Assembly: GCA_002729095.1 (NCBI GenBank)
Contig: PBWC01000045.1
Coordinates: 108,778 to 172,777 of the forward strand
Length of the DNA stretch: 64,000 bases
Direction: 5' to 3'
DNA from: Methanobacteriota archaeon
Lineage (GTDB): Archaea > Thermoplasmatota > Poseidoniia > Poseidoniales > Poseidoniaceae
The position numbers and the translations under genes are program-made. The notes beneath the pieces were generated by a model. The model saw nothing but the letters and a program-made list of their open reading frames with translations. It did no database searches and was not told the origin of the DNA. Positions 17,994-32,733 of this stretch are shown here, piece by piece; the first letter of the stretch is position 1; each line of letters begins with the position of its first letter.

Positions 17994-19243
17994 TTCAAAA
18001 ACTGCTTAACTGCTGCTTCGACTTCTGAATCTTCCATGTTTCTACTTTGGCTTTTTGCTACTTCAAATAAGTGTGCAACCAAATCATCTGAAGCCTCATA
18101 ACCATTCTGCTCTAACCACCAGATGATATTCGACCGACCTGCCATGTGGCCGATTCTAATTACTTGTTTAAGGCCAAAATCACCGGCTGGAACTCCCGAA
18201 TAAACTCTATCCGCAAGCCAATTATCTCCTTTACGCATAGCTTTTATGACCGCTGATGCATGAACTCCTGTTCCTGTCTCAAATGCATCTTCTCCAAATA
18301 CGGGATAATTTCTTGGAAGAGGAACTTCGATATACTTGTTCGCTAATCTAGTATATTCATCTAGATAAGTTAAATCATTATCGATAACACCCATCAATTT
18401 TAAATTGACTAAGGTTTGATCAAGAGGAGCATTTCCTGCCCTTTCTCCAACTCCAAGAGCCGTTCCATGAACTACGTCTGCACCTGCTTCAACTGCAGCA
18501 ATATTATTCGCAACCCCTAATCCTCTATCCTGATGGCCATGCCAATTTACTTCTATATCACTTCGATGATATCCACCATCTTTAATCACTTCTTCATCAA
18601 TGAAATTAAGTAATTTCTTTACTCCATTAGGAGTGACATGTCCACATGTATCACAAACACAAAGTCTTCTAACGCCCAATTCCATGGCTCTTTGGTAAAT
18701 CTTCCTTACATCATCTGGATTTGAACGGGTTGTATCTTCAGTAACAAACATTACTGGCACATCATTTTCTACTGCATAACTTACCGCCTTCTCCATTGTA
18801 GAGATTAATTTATCCATAGTCCACCCTTCTGTATATTGTCTAATTGGACTAGTGCCCAAAAATGCTGATGCTTGTATAGGAATTCCGTGCTTATTCTGCA
18901 TTTCAACCAATGGTTCAATATCATTCATCAAAGTTCTAACTGCAGCACCTGGTCTAATTTGATAGTCGTTTGATGTAATATGGCTGATTAAAGCATCAAT
19001 ATGTTCTCGATGGAATGGGCCTGCTCCAGGGAGTCCTAAATCTACTTTCTGAATTCCTAGTTTTTCCATATAGGATAATAATTCAACTTTCTCTTCAATT
19101 GAGGGATTTCTAGCGCTAGGGCTTTGTAATCCATCTCTTAGGGTCTCATCATCAAACCACACGCCATGAGGGTGATTAGATGGATTTCTATTGAATTCAT
19201 AGTCAATCGTATTCCAATCATAAATCAATGAACGTTCATCCAT
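17990..19243 (-). CDS. DRE-TIM metallolyase of the LeuA/NifV/CimA (2-isopropylmalate / homocitrate / citramalate synthase) family
   Basis: N-terminal WFDDETLRDGLQSP, HGHQDRGLGVANNIAAVEAGADVVHGTALGVGERAGNAPLDQ (HxH metal site plus GERAGNA signature). 417 aa, so it lacks the LeuA C-terminal regulatory domain. Substrate specificity cannot be called. Confidence 0.65.
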   Translation of the reverse strand: MDERSLIYDWNTIDYEFNRNPSNHPHGVWFDDETLRDGLQSPSARNPSIEEKVELLSYMEKLGIQKVDLGLPGAGPFHREHIDALISHITSNDYQIRPGAAVRTLMNDIEPLVEMQNKHGIPIQASAFLGTSPIRQYTEGWTMDKLISTMEKAVSYAVENDVPVMFVTEDTTRSNPDDVRKIYQRAMELGVRRLCVCDTCGHVTPNGVKKLLNFIDEEVIKDGGYHRSDIEVNWHGHQDRGLGVANNIAAVEAGADVVHGTALGVGERAGNAPLDQTLVNLKLMGVIDNDLTYLDEYTRLANKYIEVPLPRNYPVFGEDAFETGTGVHASAVIKAMRKGDNWLADRVYSGVPAGDFGLKQVIRIGHMAGRSNIIWWLEQNGYEASDDLVAHLFEVAKSQSRNMEDSEVEAAVKQFLN

Positions 19244-19323
19244 AAAATCAACTCAATGGCCAGATTACGCCTCGGCCTAGACAGTGACAAACTGTAATCA
19301 TGTTTCAAGTCGTCGATTTTAGT

Positions 19324-24100
<4,777 letters not shown>

Positions 24101-24346
24101 TTAATGCTGTAATTAGTATGAAATTTACCGCCAGATTTGGCGCAATGCATCGATTCCTCGTCCCCCTCACCCCTACCATTGTTAACCATCATTGAAGGTG
24201 TTTAAAGGTAGTGGAAAAGAAGGCGAAAATATGCATATTTATACAGTCAAATTGACCTTTCAAATTTGATAAAAATGATTATTTTTAATTTAGAGAATTT
24301 TTTTATCAAGCGTGAGCGTTAATAACACCCCCTTTTTGGAGCAAAT

Positions 24347-25144
24347 ATGGCAGAGCCAAAAGTGTGCGTATCTCTCGAGGGTATTACTGTAGATGAAATG
24401 ATTGACGAAGCAAACAGAGCAAATATTGCTGGCGCTGATTATATCGAAGTCCGATTTGATAAATTATATTTGATTAAGCCTGAACCAACCTTTACAGAAA
24501 ATGAAGATGGTGAAAAAATTAGTAAAATGCCTCCTGAAACTGAATGGACCGTTAAAGACTTCAAAGATGTAGACATTGAGAAGTCTATTTCTGCTCTAAA
24601 AGAAGCAATACCTGTTCCTGTAATTTTTACAGTTAGACCTGTCAGAGAAGGAGGTTTCTTCGCTGGAAATGAACAGGAAAGACTTGAAGTTCTTAGTAAG
24701 GCAATTGAATCAGAGGTTAGTTTCGTAGATTTAGAGCTTTCAATTGATGAAAAGGATAGAAAGAAACTCCATTCCGATGCATCTAACGCTGGATGTAAAG
24801 TAATCGCATCATACCATGATTCTAATTCTACCCCAAGTGCAGATGAAATAATAGAAATTGTAAGATCAAATTATGATAAGGGAGACATAATGAAATTCTG
24901 CTCATCAGTATCAAATCACCAAGATTCTTTACAAATTATCGAAGCTGCTCACTCCTTATCTAGCGATGATGAACCACATAGTCTGATGGGATTAGGAAAT
25001 GGAGGTGATTGGGTAAGGCTACATGCGCCTATCTTGGGTCAAAGTTTAGTTTATGCTACTATGCTTAACCATTTCAGATTGTCCGATAGAGGATTGATTA
25101 ACGTTAGAGATTTAAGAGATGCCTGGGCACTATTAGAATATTAA
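24347..25144 (+). CDS. aroD: type I 3-dehydroquinate dehydratase
   Basis: N-terminal PKVCVSLEG...GADYIEVRFDKL and the K(V/I)IASYHD..TP catalytic Lys/His block (KVIASYHDSNSTP) typical of AroD. Stand-alone, with no other aro genes adjacent. Confidence 0.6.
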   Translation: MAEPKVCVSLEGITVDEMIDEANRANIAGADYIEVRFDKLYLIKPEPTFTENEDGEKISKMPPETEWTVKDFKDVDIEKSISALKEAIPVPVIFTVRPVREGGFFAGNEQERLEVLSKAIESEVSFVDLELSIDEKDRKKLHSDASNAGCKVIASYHDSNSTPSADEIIEIVRSNYDKGDIMKFCSSVSNHQDSLQIIEAAHSLSSDDEPHSLMGLGNGGDWVRLHAPILGQSLVYATMLNHFRLSDRGLINVRDLRDAWALLEY

Positions 25145-25192
25145 ACATAGGATGACTTTTGAATCAAAATCCATTTTCTAATTACTACACAA

Positions 25193-26278
25193 CTATCCAT
25201 TTTCATTGCTTTTGAAATTTTCAAAAGCCTCTGAGGCACTCTGTTCGACTGGAGGTGGCAATTCTGCTGCGGTGTTTAAAGATGGAACAATACCCATTGA
25301 TTTTTCCTCGGTTTGTAGACCTGCCTTCATATATCTCGCGTTAAGGATAAACGGGAATATTGCAAATCCTATGATTAGTACCAAGAACACTAAAGAAACC
25401 GTAAAATTGGGTAAAATCAGTGTCCTTTCAGTTGTTATAATTGTAACATCTGCAGCAGTAATTGTTTCAGGAGGTTGTGCGTCGTTATCATGGACATTGT
25501 CCCATGTGTCGATTACAATATAGAAATCTTGCCAGTCTTGATTACCAAACAAGCCTGAATAAACTTCAGGCCCGTCAAGACTCAATGCGAAATTTACTTT
25601 GTCGACATTCTCATATTGATGAGCGTCTCTAAAAGACTTCCAGCCCAAGAAATTGAAACTTCTCCATTCAGGTGGAATGTCACTCAATGATTCTTCAGTA
25701 TCTGAATACCAGCGGTTATTAGAATGTGAAGAATAATAACTTTCTTCATATTTAGTATATTCACTAGATGTTAGTAAGTAAACATCTGCATTAACGTTTG
25801 AACCATTTATCTGGTCAAAATCTTGTAGAGTAATACAAATAGTAGTTCGATGATTTGCGGAAAGATTCAATTTTAATGCTCCAACGCTATCGTTGCCAAT
25901 CAATAGTGTCGCATGATTATTTGAAATGAATGGATCTAGAACTAATTCCTCTTGCTCCCAAGGATAATAATACATCCATTCCGGTTCAGGACTCAATGCC
26001 ATATCAATGACAATTTCTTCGCTGTTAGATTTACCATCTCTATTTTTTCCATCACCTGGGCCCTCATCAAAATAATTCCACCAACTGTCATATGGGTTGA
26101 AATGTGGCACCATGGCAATTCTCTGCAATGATTGATTCCAACTTACTGGCTCAATATCTCCTTCGCAGGCATCGGCTGCAGAGGCATTATTGAGAAACAA
26201 AGGGCTATCATTTACTGTGGGAACTGTGAGAGGTAGAATGAACATCGCAAGAATCAAAAAAACTAATTTTGACCTCAT
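25193..26278 (-). CDS. secreted, C-terminally membrane-anchored hypothetical protein (many N-glycosylation sequons)
   Basis: N-terminal signal peptide (MRSKLVFLILAMFILPLTVPT), C-terminal TM helix (VSLVFLVLIIGFAIFPFIL) with a short cytoplasmic tail, and numerous N-x-S/T sequons. Confidence 0.4.
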   Translation of the reverse strand: MRSKLVFLILAMFILPLTVPTVNDSPLFLNNASAADACEGDIEPVSWNQSLQRIAMVPHFNPYDSWWNYFDEGPGDGKNRDGKSNSEEIVIDMALSPEPEWMYYYPWEQEELVLDPFISNNHATLLIGNDSVGALKLNLSANHRTTICITLQDFDQINGSNVNADVYLLTSSEYTKYEESYYSSHSNNRWYSDTEESLSDIPPEWRSFNFLGWKSFRDAHQYENVDKVNFALSLDGPEVYSGLFGNQDWQDFYIVIDTWDNVHDNDAQPPETITAADVTIITTERTLILPNFTVSLVFLVLIIGFAIFPFILNARYMKAGLQTEEKSMGIVPSLNTAAELPPPVEQSASEAFENFKSNENG

Positions 26279-26327
26279 TAAATCTCCTCATCAATACTCA
26301 TCAATAGACAGTTCAAGATACTAGCGA

Positions 26328-29300
26328 TTAAATTCGTCTCCTCAAAGGCCTAATATAACCACTTTCATCATTTCTACGTTCTTCCTTAGACAATATAGCC
26401 GGTGCAGGTGGAGGAGTATGCTGATCCATTCCTAAAAGTCCACCTTGGACTTCGACATGTTCTACATCAGTATACGTCTCAGCAGCTTGCTTTGCTTCAT
26501 CTTCGACCTCACTAGACTCCCTCATAACTAGCCATCCAAGAATCAATGCAACCGCTATCAAAGCTATGAAGGTAGCAAGGTCTGAACCTGCTTCTTTAAT
26601 CCAATTCATCCAGTCTTCAACCTCGAAATCGGATAGAGAAGGTGGTGCGTCTGGTTTAGGAGCAACATTTACTTCTTCTGTCAAATAATCACACATACCT
26701 AAACCATCACAAGCAAGTAATCCAATTTGATATTTTCCAGAATTATTCCACGTGGTTTCAATTCTATAGATGACGTCGCTGGCAGGTATAATGTAATCAT
26801 CTGTTGGATCTCCATTGCCGTCTTCATCAAATTGTAAATTTATATCCCATTTTACTATCAAACTAGGATCAATAAATTCATCTTTATCAAAAAGTGAGCC
26901 ATCATCAATATTTAAGTCGCGAAAAATTAACACCTGTTTCTCTAATTCTAAGTCAGTAATATTTGCAGAAAGATAAACTGATTCTTCAATTACTATTTCC
27001 TCTGGAATAGAAATATCGATAATGCCTGGAGGATTATCAACCATTATCGTAAAGGATTGCCTAGAAACATCACCGGTACCAAAAGCATCTCTCACTGTTA
27101 AAGTTACGGTGTATTCACCAGGATTAGAATAAGAATGCCAAGGTGATGGTTCGTGATTAAGTGGTGAAGCATCTCCAAAATCCCAAGTATACTCAACAAT
27201 ACCATTCCAATTTTCTAAATTTGAATCTAATGGTGAAAATTTGCCTTCAAACTTCCTATCTCCGTCCCTAGTTCCGTCTGAATCGAAATAAAGCATCAAA
27301 TTAGGCGCAGTGAAGGTATTATCTTCCCCATCAAAGGTATGAGACCAAGCGTCAGGAATGAAACCTTCAGGCATTGGAGTTGAGTCTGTAACCTGCTGAC
27401 CAGAAACCCAAGCATCTAAAATTTTGACAGATATTATTGGTAGTGGATTAGAAATTCTAATTGTAAGTGATCTCGAGATACTTTGTTCGCCCTGTTCATC
27501 TATGACAAATAAACTGACTGAATGTATTCCTGGTTCAGTGAAAGTAAATGTTGTTTGAGGTTTATCTCCATAAGTCCCATCACTGAACGTCCAATTAAAT
27601 ATTAAATCGCTCGAATCACCCATTGTTCCATCAATATCATATGAATTTCTTCCATCAAAGGTGTATGGTACATCTGTTTCTCCATCCTCCATTCTAAAAT
27701 CAATGATATTAGTTCCATCGTCATCATTAGTCTTGACAATGAATTCAGCAATTGGAATCTGGTTAAGTACATTGATGAATAATTGGGTTGAGGATTTACT
27801 GCCATCATCATCAGTTACGGTAATTAATGCAATTTTCAACCCCGGTTTATCCCACGATGGAGTCGGATAAGCGAGTGTTGAGCTAGTTTCAACGAAATCA
27901 TCATTCTTATCGGTTATTCCTCCACCCAAATTTACTCCATCAGGGAAACTCCATTCATACTGAACAATACTCCCATCATCATCGGCAAAAACATCTGGCA
28001 TCAATATTGAATTATAGGTATATGTGGTTAGATTATCTGAAAATATTTGATATGGAACTCTGTTGTTTACATACACTAAAATGCTCTTTTGCCCGGAGTT
28101 TATACCATCAAAAATTGTCAAAGTAAGATTGAATGTGATATTCTCGCCTGTAATATCGCCCCATTCATGCTGAGCTAAATAAAGACCAACTCCTGAATCA
28201 ATACTGCCATCGCCCCAGTCCCATTGGAACAATAAATTCTCGACGGGAACATTGTCTGAAGATTTGGACCCTGAAAATTGAATTAATTGATTTGTAAATA
28301 TACTAATTTCACTGTCGATTACTATATTGTTAACCGATATAATTGGTACTGGTAAAGAGTCATCAGTAACATTTACTCTATGCAGTTCGGGGGCAGACCA
28401 GACACCTCCCTGATCCATTATTCTCAAGGTCGCATTGTAATTTCCGATATTTTGATAAGACCTCGTCGGTGATTTTAGTGATGAGGTAGTTCCATCATCA
28501 AAATCCCAAAGATAAGCAACCGGAGAGTCCCTGTATGGTAAGGAATTATTATCTAATGATAAACCCCAAGCATCAAATCCTCCTCCTGCAAATTCAATAT
28601 TTTCCCAGGTTTGCGATTGATTTGTAGAAATACTTCCATTCGCACTAGGTATCATATTTGAAAGTGTTAAAGGTGCTGTAGAGGTTGTGTTAATTAAATT
28701 ACCAATCATATCATACCACTTAAACTTCAGATAATATTGACCATCCATGTTCGATGTAAACCATACATTACTATTCGTGTCTTGTCCGCCACCAGCAGAA
28801 ATTCTGTTGGTTATCGAATCAACAATTTCTCCCGATGAATCAATCACGCTAACTTCCACGTCCAAATCTTCAAAAAAAGCATTGGAAAAGACATTGAAGT
28901 TAATTTTCGCAGTATCATCATTACCATCTCCATCTCTATCAGATGTTTCCGTGGTGTTTATTGTAAGAGTTGCTGGCGAAGTAATTCTAGCTGCTTCGAT
29001 ATCAACTGTGCCTTGAGGATAGGATGTACCACAAGATGTGTAATCACAATCCGCAACAGTGCTTGCATACCATGTTATTGCCCAAACCTCATCGGTTAAA
29101 TTTCCGAAACCTGGTACTAGTGAAGTTGCAACATTGCTCTGGAAATTTAAATCTGAAACAGACCAAAGTCCGTCAACAGTTGATTTTGATACAACTACAC
29201 CGTCGAATTGACTGACATCAGAAGTCAATCTAATCGTTAGAGGTGCGGGTGATGAGCCCCCCGGTGTGAATTTGAATGCCCTAATTCCCCAACCTTCAAC

Positions 29301-30533
29301 AGTATGTCCAGTGGAAGACCAAGGAGAGCTCCAATCACTGTTTGTATCAGCTGGTTGAACTCTACAAAATGAACCTGACGAACATGTAGGAGTCAAATCT
29401 AGGTTAGAAAATCCGTAGATACCTTGATCAGAATCTAGAACTGCTGCGATTGAGAAGTTAGCAAAAATTTGACCCATTGTCCTGCCTATAGACCCACTTT
29501 GCCCTGCAGGAGGCGACAATGCCAATTTCTCTATTCCAACGCCCCCAGTTGCAGAATCTTGCACCAACTGTCTAACTGCTGCTCCACCACCTAAATGATC
29601 AGCTAAATACATTGTAAAAATGAAACCGGCTCCATAATCTGCAAATCTCTGATTCCACCATCTGACAGATAATTCTGAAGATTCTGTCCACTGATTTAAA
29701 TGACTAACTAAAGTAGAATCTGCTCCAAAACAAAGATAGATTGCAACATCGGCATTACCCTCATCAATCCACAGGTTTTCATAAGGATCTTGTGCATTGT
29801 GGAGAAGATGTTCTAATTCATGAGCAATTATTGATTTACCCCATGTCAACGTTATATCAGCGAAATCTATGAACACAGATTCTCTAGAACTTGCAAATGA
29901 AGGAGAGAAGTAACCTCCAGTGTTGTATGGTCCGTCAATGTCATAAATTATAATTTGAACTTGACAATTATTGTCAATATCTGGAGGAGCAAGACCTCGA
30001 CCATCTTGGTAGTCTTTACCATAATATGTAGTCATAGTTGGATAGATTGTGTTATCCCAAGACGATGCTAGATTGTTAAGAACTGTTGAAGAGAGGGTCC
30101 TTCCTGTTTGGACAACAAAAGCAACAGTACTTGTGGTCTTGGCGACATATGCATTAATCGAACCACCTGAAGTTGGAACAGATAACTCATCGCCAACTAA
30201 ATGAGGACTGCAAACCCTGCCGCTGGACCTGCCACTAGTGACGGGTTCATACTTCATTTCATCAACTCCGGGCCTTCCAGCATCAATCCAAGCCTGTTTC
30301 ATAAATCCATAAGCAGAAACAACCGGCTCAGGTTCGTCTATGAACAGGTACTGTGAACCATTATTGGGATCAAAATCTTTCAAGTCGCCTATTATGACTC
30401 CTCCCGCATTATACGGAACTCTGTGATTTTCATCCGATGAGTCCGCAATAGATGTTGGAATTATAGGAGATAAAATTGATACAAAGAAAAGGGCGATTAA
30501 AAATACGGCTTTATTGGAGCGATTTTCCGACAT
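26328..30533 (-). CDS. giant secreted zinc metalloprotease (HExxH gluzincin-like) with multiple PKD domains and C-terminal membrane anchor
   Basis: 1401 aa. Signal peptide. HELEHLLH at residues 238-242 (nt 29808-29822) followed by WIDEGNAD (candidate third ligand Glu). At least five PKD-type repeats with the W-D/E-F-G-D-G-S signature (WDFGDASP, WTFSDGTY, YEWSFPDGV, WDWGDGS, LWDFDDGTTS). C-terminal TM helix LATFIALIAVALILGWLVM plus a basic tail. Confidence 0.7.
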   Translation of the reverse strand: MSENRSNKAVFLIALFFVSILSPIIPTSIADSSDENHRVPYNAGGVIIGDLKDFDPNNGSQYLFIDEPEPVVSAYGFMKQAWIDAGRPGVDEMKYEPVTSGRSSGRVCSPHLVGDELSVPTSGGSINAYVAKTTSTVAFVVQTGRTLSSTVLNNLASSWDNTIYPTMTTYYGKDYQDGRGLAPPDIDNNCQVQIIIYDIDGPYNTGGYFSPSFASSRESVFIDFADITLTWGKSIIAHELEHLLHNAQDPYENLWIDEGNADVAIYLCFGADSTLVSHLNQWTESSELSVRWWNQRFADYGAGFIFTMYLADHLGGGAAVRQLVQDSATGGVGIEKLALSPPAGQSGSIGRTMGQIFANFSIAAVLDSDQGIYGFSNLDLTPTCSSGSFCRVQPADTNSDWSSPWSSTGHTVEGWGIRAFKFTPGGSSPAPLTIRLTSDVSQFDGVVVSKSTVDGLWSVSDLNFQSNVATSLVPGFGNLTDEVWAITWYASTVADCDYTSCGTSYPQGTVDIEAARITSPATLTINTTETSDRDGDGNDDTAKINFNVFSNAFFEDLDVEVSVIDSSGEIVDSITNRISAGGGQDTNSNVWFTSNMDGQYYLKFKWYDMIGNLINTTSTAPLTLSNMIPSANGSISTNQSQTWENIEFAGGGFDAWGLSLDNNSLPYRDSPVAYLWDFDDGTTSSLKSPTRSYQNIGNYNATLRIMDQGGVWSAPELHRVNVTDDSLPVPIISVNNIVIDSEISIFTNQLIQFSGSKSSDNVPVENLLFQWDWGDGSIDSGVGLYLAQHEWGDITGENITFNLTLTIFDGINSGQKSILVYVNNRVPYQIFSDNLTTYTYNSILMPDVFADDDGSIVQYEWSFPDGVNLGGGITDKNDDFVETSSTLAYPTPSWDKPGLKIALITVTDDDGSKSSTQLFINVLNQIPIAEFIVKTNDDDGTNIIDFRMEDGETDVPYTFDGRNSYDIDGTMGDSSDLIFNWTFSDGTYGDKPQTTFTFTEPGIHSVSLFVIDEQGEQSISRSLTIRISNPLPIISVKILDAWVSGQQVTDSTPMPEGFIPDAWSHTFDGEDNTFTAPNLMLYFDSDGTRDGDRKFEGKFSPLDSNLENWNGIVEYTWDFGDASPLNHEPSPWHSYSNPGEYTVTLTVRDAFGTGDVSRQSFTIMVDNPPGIIDISIPEEIVIEESVYLSANITDLELEKQVLIFRDLNIDDGSLFDKDEFIDPSLIVKWDINLQFDEDGNGDPTDDYIIPASDVIYRIETTWNNSGKYQIGLLACDGLGMCDYLTEEVNVAPKPDAPPSLSDFEVEDWMNWIKEAGSDLATFIALIAVALILGWLVMRESSEVEDEAKQAAETYTDVEHVEVQGGLLGMDQHTPPPAPAILSKEERRNDESGYIRPLRRRI

Positions 30534-30621
30534 AATAAACTACCCAAATAATTGCGATACTGCTATCAAATTAAGCGAGTCGAAAAGAGGTATTTAAGGG
30601 TCAGTCTAATAGGAGTCATTA

Positions 30622-31803
30622 ATGCTCATACCTTCGAAGGATATTTCCTCACTGAATAAAACACTACTATTATTTGCGATAATTGCGCTACTGCTCAATA
30701 ATAGTACGTTGGTTTTAGCTTCGGAAAATGAACAACAAATAAGTTATATTGAAACGGTACCTTGTGATTATTACGGCAATTTTTCATTCAATTCTACTGC
30801 AGCCAACGAATCAGTACACTGGCAAGTTGAATTAGGCCCTAGATTGCCTGGCTCTAATGCTTCTTTTGCACTAAGAGAATCTATCAAAGAGAACCTGACA
30901 GATTGGACTTTTGAAGAGGAAACTCATTACCGCGAAGATTTTTATTTGACCAATCTTATAGCTACCTACAAGCCTTTTAATTCCTCCTCTCAAGAGATTT
31001 ATCTTGTAGCCCACTATGACTCAAGAGACCGTGCTGAAAGAGACGATAACGAAAGTCTTCGAGATATTCCTATTGATGGAGCCAATGATGGCGCTAGCGC
31101 CACGGCGGTACTTATCGAGATGGGTAAAATTATTCCCCAAATGAATTTGAATCATACTGTAAAATTATTTTTCACAGACGCTGAAGATCAAGGGGAAAGA
31201 GCCGGAATTTATGGTTCAAAAGCATGGGCAGAGAACAAAACAGATGACGAATTAAGCGATATTTCAGCATTTATAGTTATAGATATGATTGGCGATTATG
31301 ATTTACATTTTACGCATGTTTGGCCGGGTACTTCAGAACTTTGGTTAACCATTCAGTCATTAGCCGAAGCATTAGGCTTGGTTGAAGGCGAGGAGGACTG
31401 TTTAGGTAATCCAGGAGTGGATGTATTTGACATCGATACATCGCATGGAGTAATAGATGACCACGTTGCTGCATTTGAAAGAGGAGTTCCTGCTATAGAT
31501 ATCATCGACATACATTCAGGTGAAGGCGCTGAAAAATGGGGTGGTTATTGGCATACACACAACGATACAATAGACAAAGTTAGTGCTGATTCCTTAGGAA
31601 AAATTGGGCAACTACTTGAATTAGGATTGCTTAGTAATTCATGGATATTAAATTCAGATAGTAATGTAACCGCAGAGATTAATGAAACTAAACAAAATAC
31701 AGATGTTGAGAATAGTTTTGCCTTAGGAATTATATCACTTTCAATTACCTTCGGGGTTTTCTTGATTATTTTTGTACTAGACTATAGAATAAAAAAGATA
31801 TAG
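30622..31803 (+). CDS. M28-family zinc aminopeptidase, secreted and membrane anchored
   Basis: Signal peptide. LVAHYDSRD ... DGANDGASATAVLIEMGK ... FFTDAEDQG ... HTHNDT blocks match M28 metal-ligand positions. C-terminal TM helix. Confidence 0.65.
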   Translation: MLIPSKDISSLNKTLLLFAIIALLLNNSTLVLASENEQQISYIETVPCDYYGNFSFNSTAANESVHWQVELGPRLPGSNASFALRESIKENLTDWTFEEETHYREDFYLTNLIATYKPFNSSSQEIYLVAHYDSRDRAERDDNESLRDIPIDGANDGASATAVLIEMGKIIPQMNLNHTVKLFFTDAEDQGERAGIYGSKAWAENKTDDELSDISAFIVIDMIGDYDLHFTHVWPGTSELWLTIQSLAEALGLVEGEEDCLGNPGVDVFDIDTSHGVIDDHVAAFERGVPAIDIIDIHSGEGAEKWGGYWHTHNDTIDKVSADSLGKIGQLLELGLLSNSWILNSDSNVTAEINETKQNTDVENSFALGIISLSITFGVFLIIFVLDYRIKKI

Positions 31804-31869
31804 TGTTGCGCGGACTTTGAGGGGAAGGGGTATTATCCGCGCACCTTTACCATTAACTAAGCGGGAGGG

Positions 31870-32733
31870 GTGTGTTTGACAGAAAATGACTTTGAAGAAC
31901 GTCGAAAGGCACTCAAAGAGCGCGTCAAAAAACAACTTGAGAACTCCTCTAATGATACGATAGAGGAAGAAATTGTTGTACTGGAAAGTCCCGTTGAATC
32001 ATCTGTTGACTCATCGGAAAAAAGAAATCTTGAAAGAATTTTAGAATTGGAAATGGATGATAAATCTAAACTCAGAAAAATGGCCTCAGTATTAATTTTG
32101 GTTGGCAGTATTCTAGGAATATTCAGTGGAGGAATTATTTTACAGGGAAACCCGTCTGAATTACTTAATTCCTCGATTTTTGATCAGACTCAGAGTGTAG
32201 ATATAACAGGTCAAACACTAGATTTAGAAGGGCATGGAATATACAACGTCAGTATCATTTTATTAGATTATGACAGTTCCGAGACTATTCAATCAACACT
32301 TACTAATGATAACGGTTATTTTCAACTCAAAAATGTAAAAGCTGATAGAATGATACTAAGAGTTTCATTGGAAGGATACGATACTATAGAGAGAACTTTC
32401 GATGCAGTTGATGGATTCATGCAGCCGTTTACAATGAAAAATGGCAGTGATTTAGTTACTGAAAATTTCATTTCAGAAGATTCAGGTTGGTCATTAGAAG
32501 CAGCGGTAGGTTTGTCTACATTTATCGGCGTAGTGACTATTCTAACTGGTATTGTTGGAATTCAAGCTTCGGTTGAAATAAGAAGAGCAAAGCGATACAG
32601 AAGAACTCAATACCTAGCCGGTGTAAGTCTTTTCAGCCGTGGATTAATTATTTTTGGACCTATACTAATTTTAGCTGGAATGGGACTATTAGTCTTAACC
32701 AAAGAACAATTTGAAGATGTTGAAGAGGTGTGA
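31870..32733 (+). CDS. membrane protein with carboxypeptidase-regulatory-like (CarboxypepD_reg) beta-sandwich domain
   Basis: TM helix near residue 70. GHGIYNVSIILLDYDSSETIQSTLTNDNGYFQLKNVKADRMILRVSLEGYDTIERTF matches the CarboxypepD_reg/transthyretin-like fold signature. Three C-terminal TM helices. Confidence 0.4.
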   Translation: MCLTENDFEERRKALKERVKKQLENSSNDTIEEEIVVLESPVESSVDSSEKRNLERILELEMDDKSKLRKMASVLILVGSILGIFSGGIILQGNPSELLNSSIFDQTQSVDITGQTLDLEGHGIYNVSIILLDYDSSETIQSTLTNDNGYFQLKNVKADRMILRVSLEGYDTIERTFDAVDGFMQPFTMKNGSDLVTENFISEDSGWSLEAAVGLSTFIGVVTILTGIVGIQASVEIRRAKRYRRTQYLAGVSLFSRGLIIFGPILILAGMGLLVLTKEQFEDVEEV

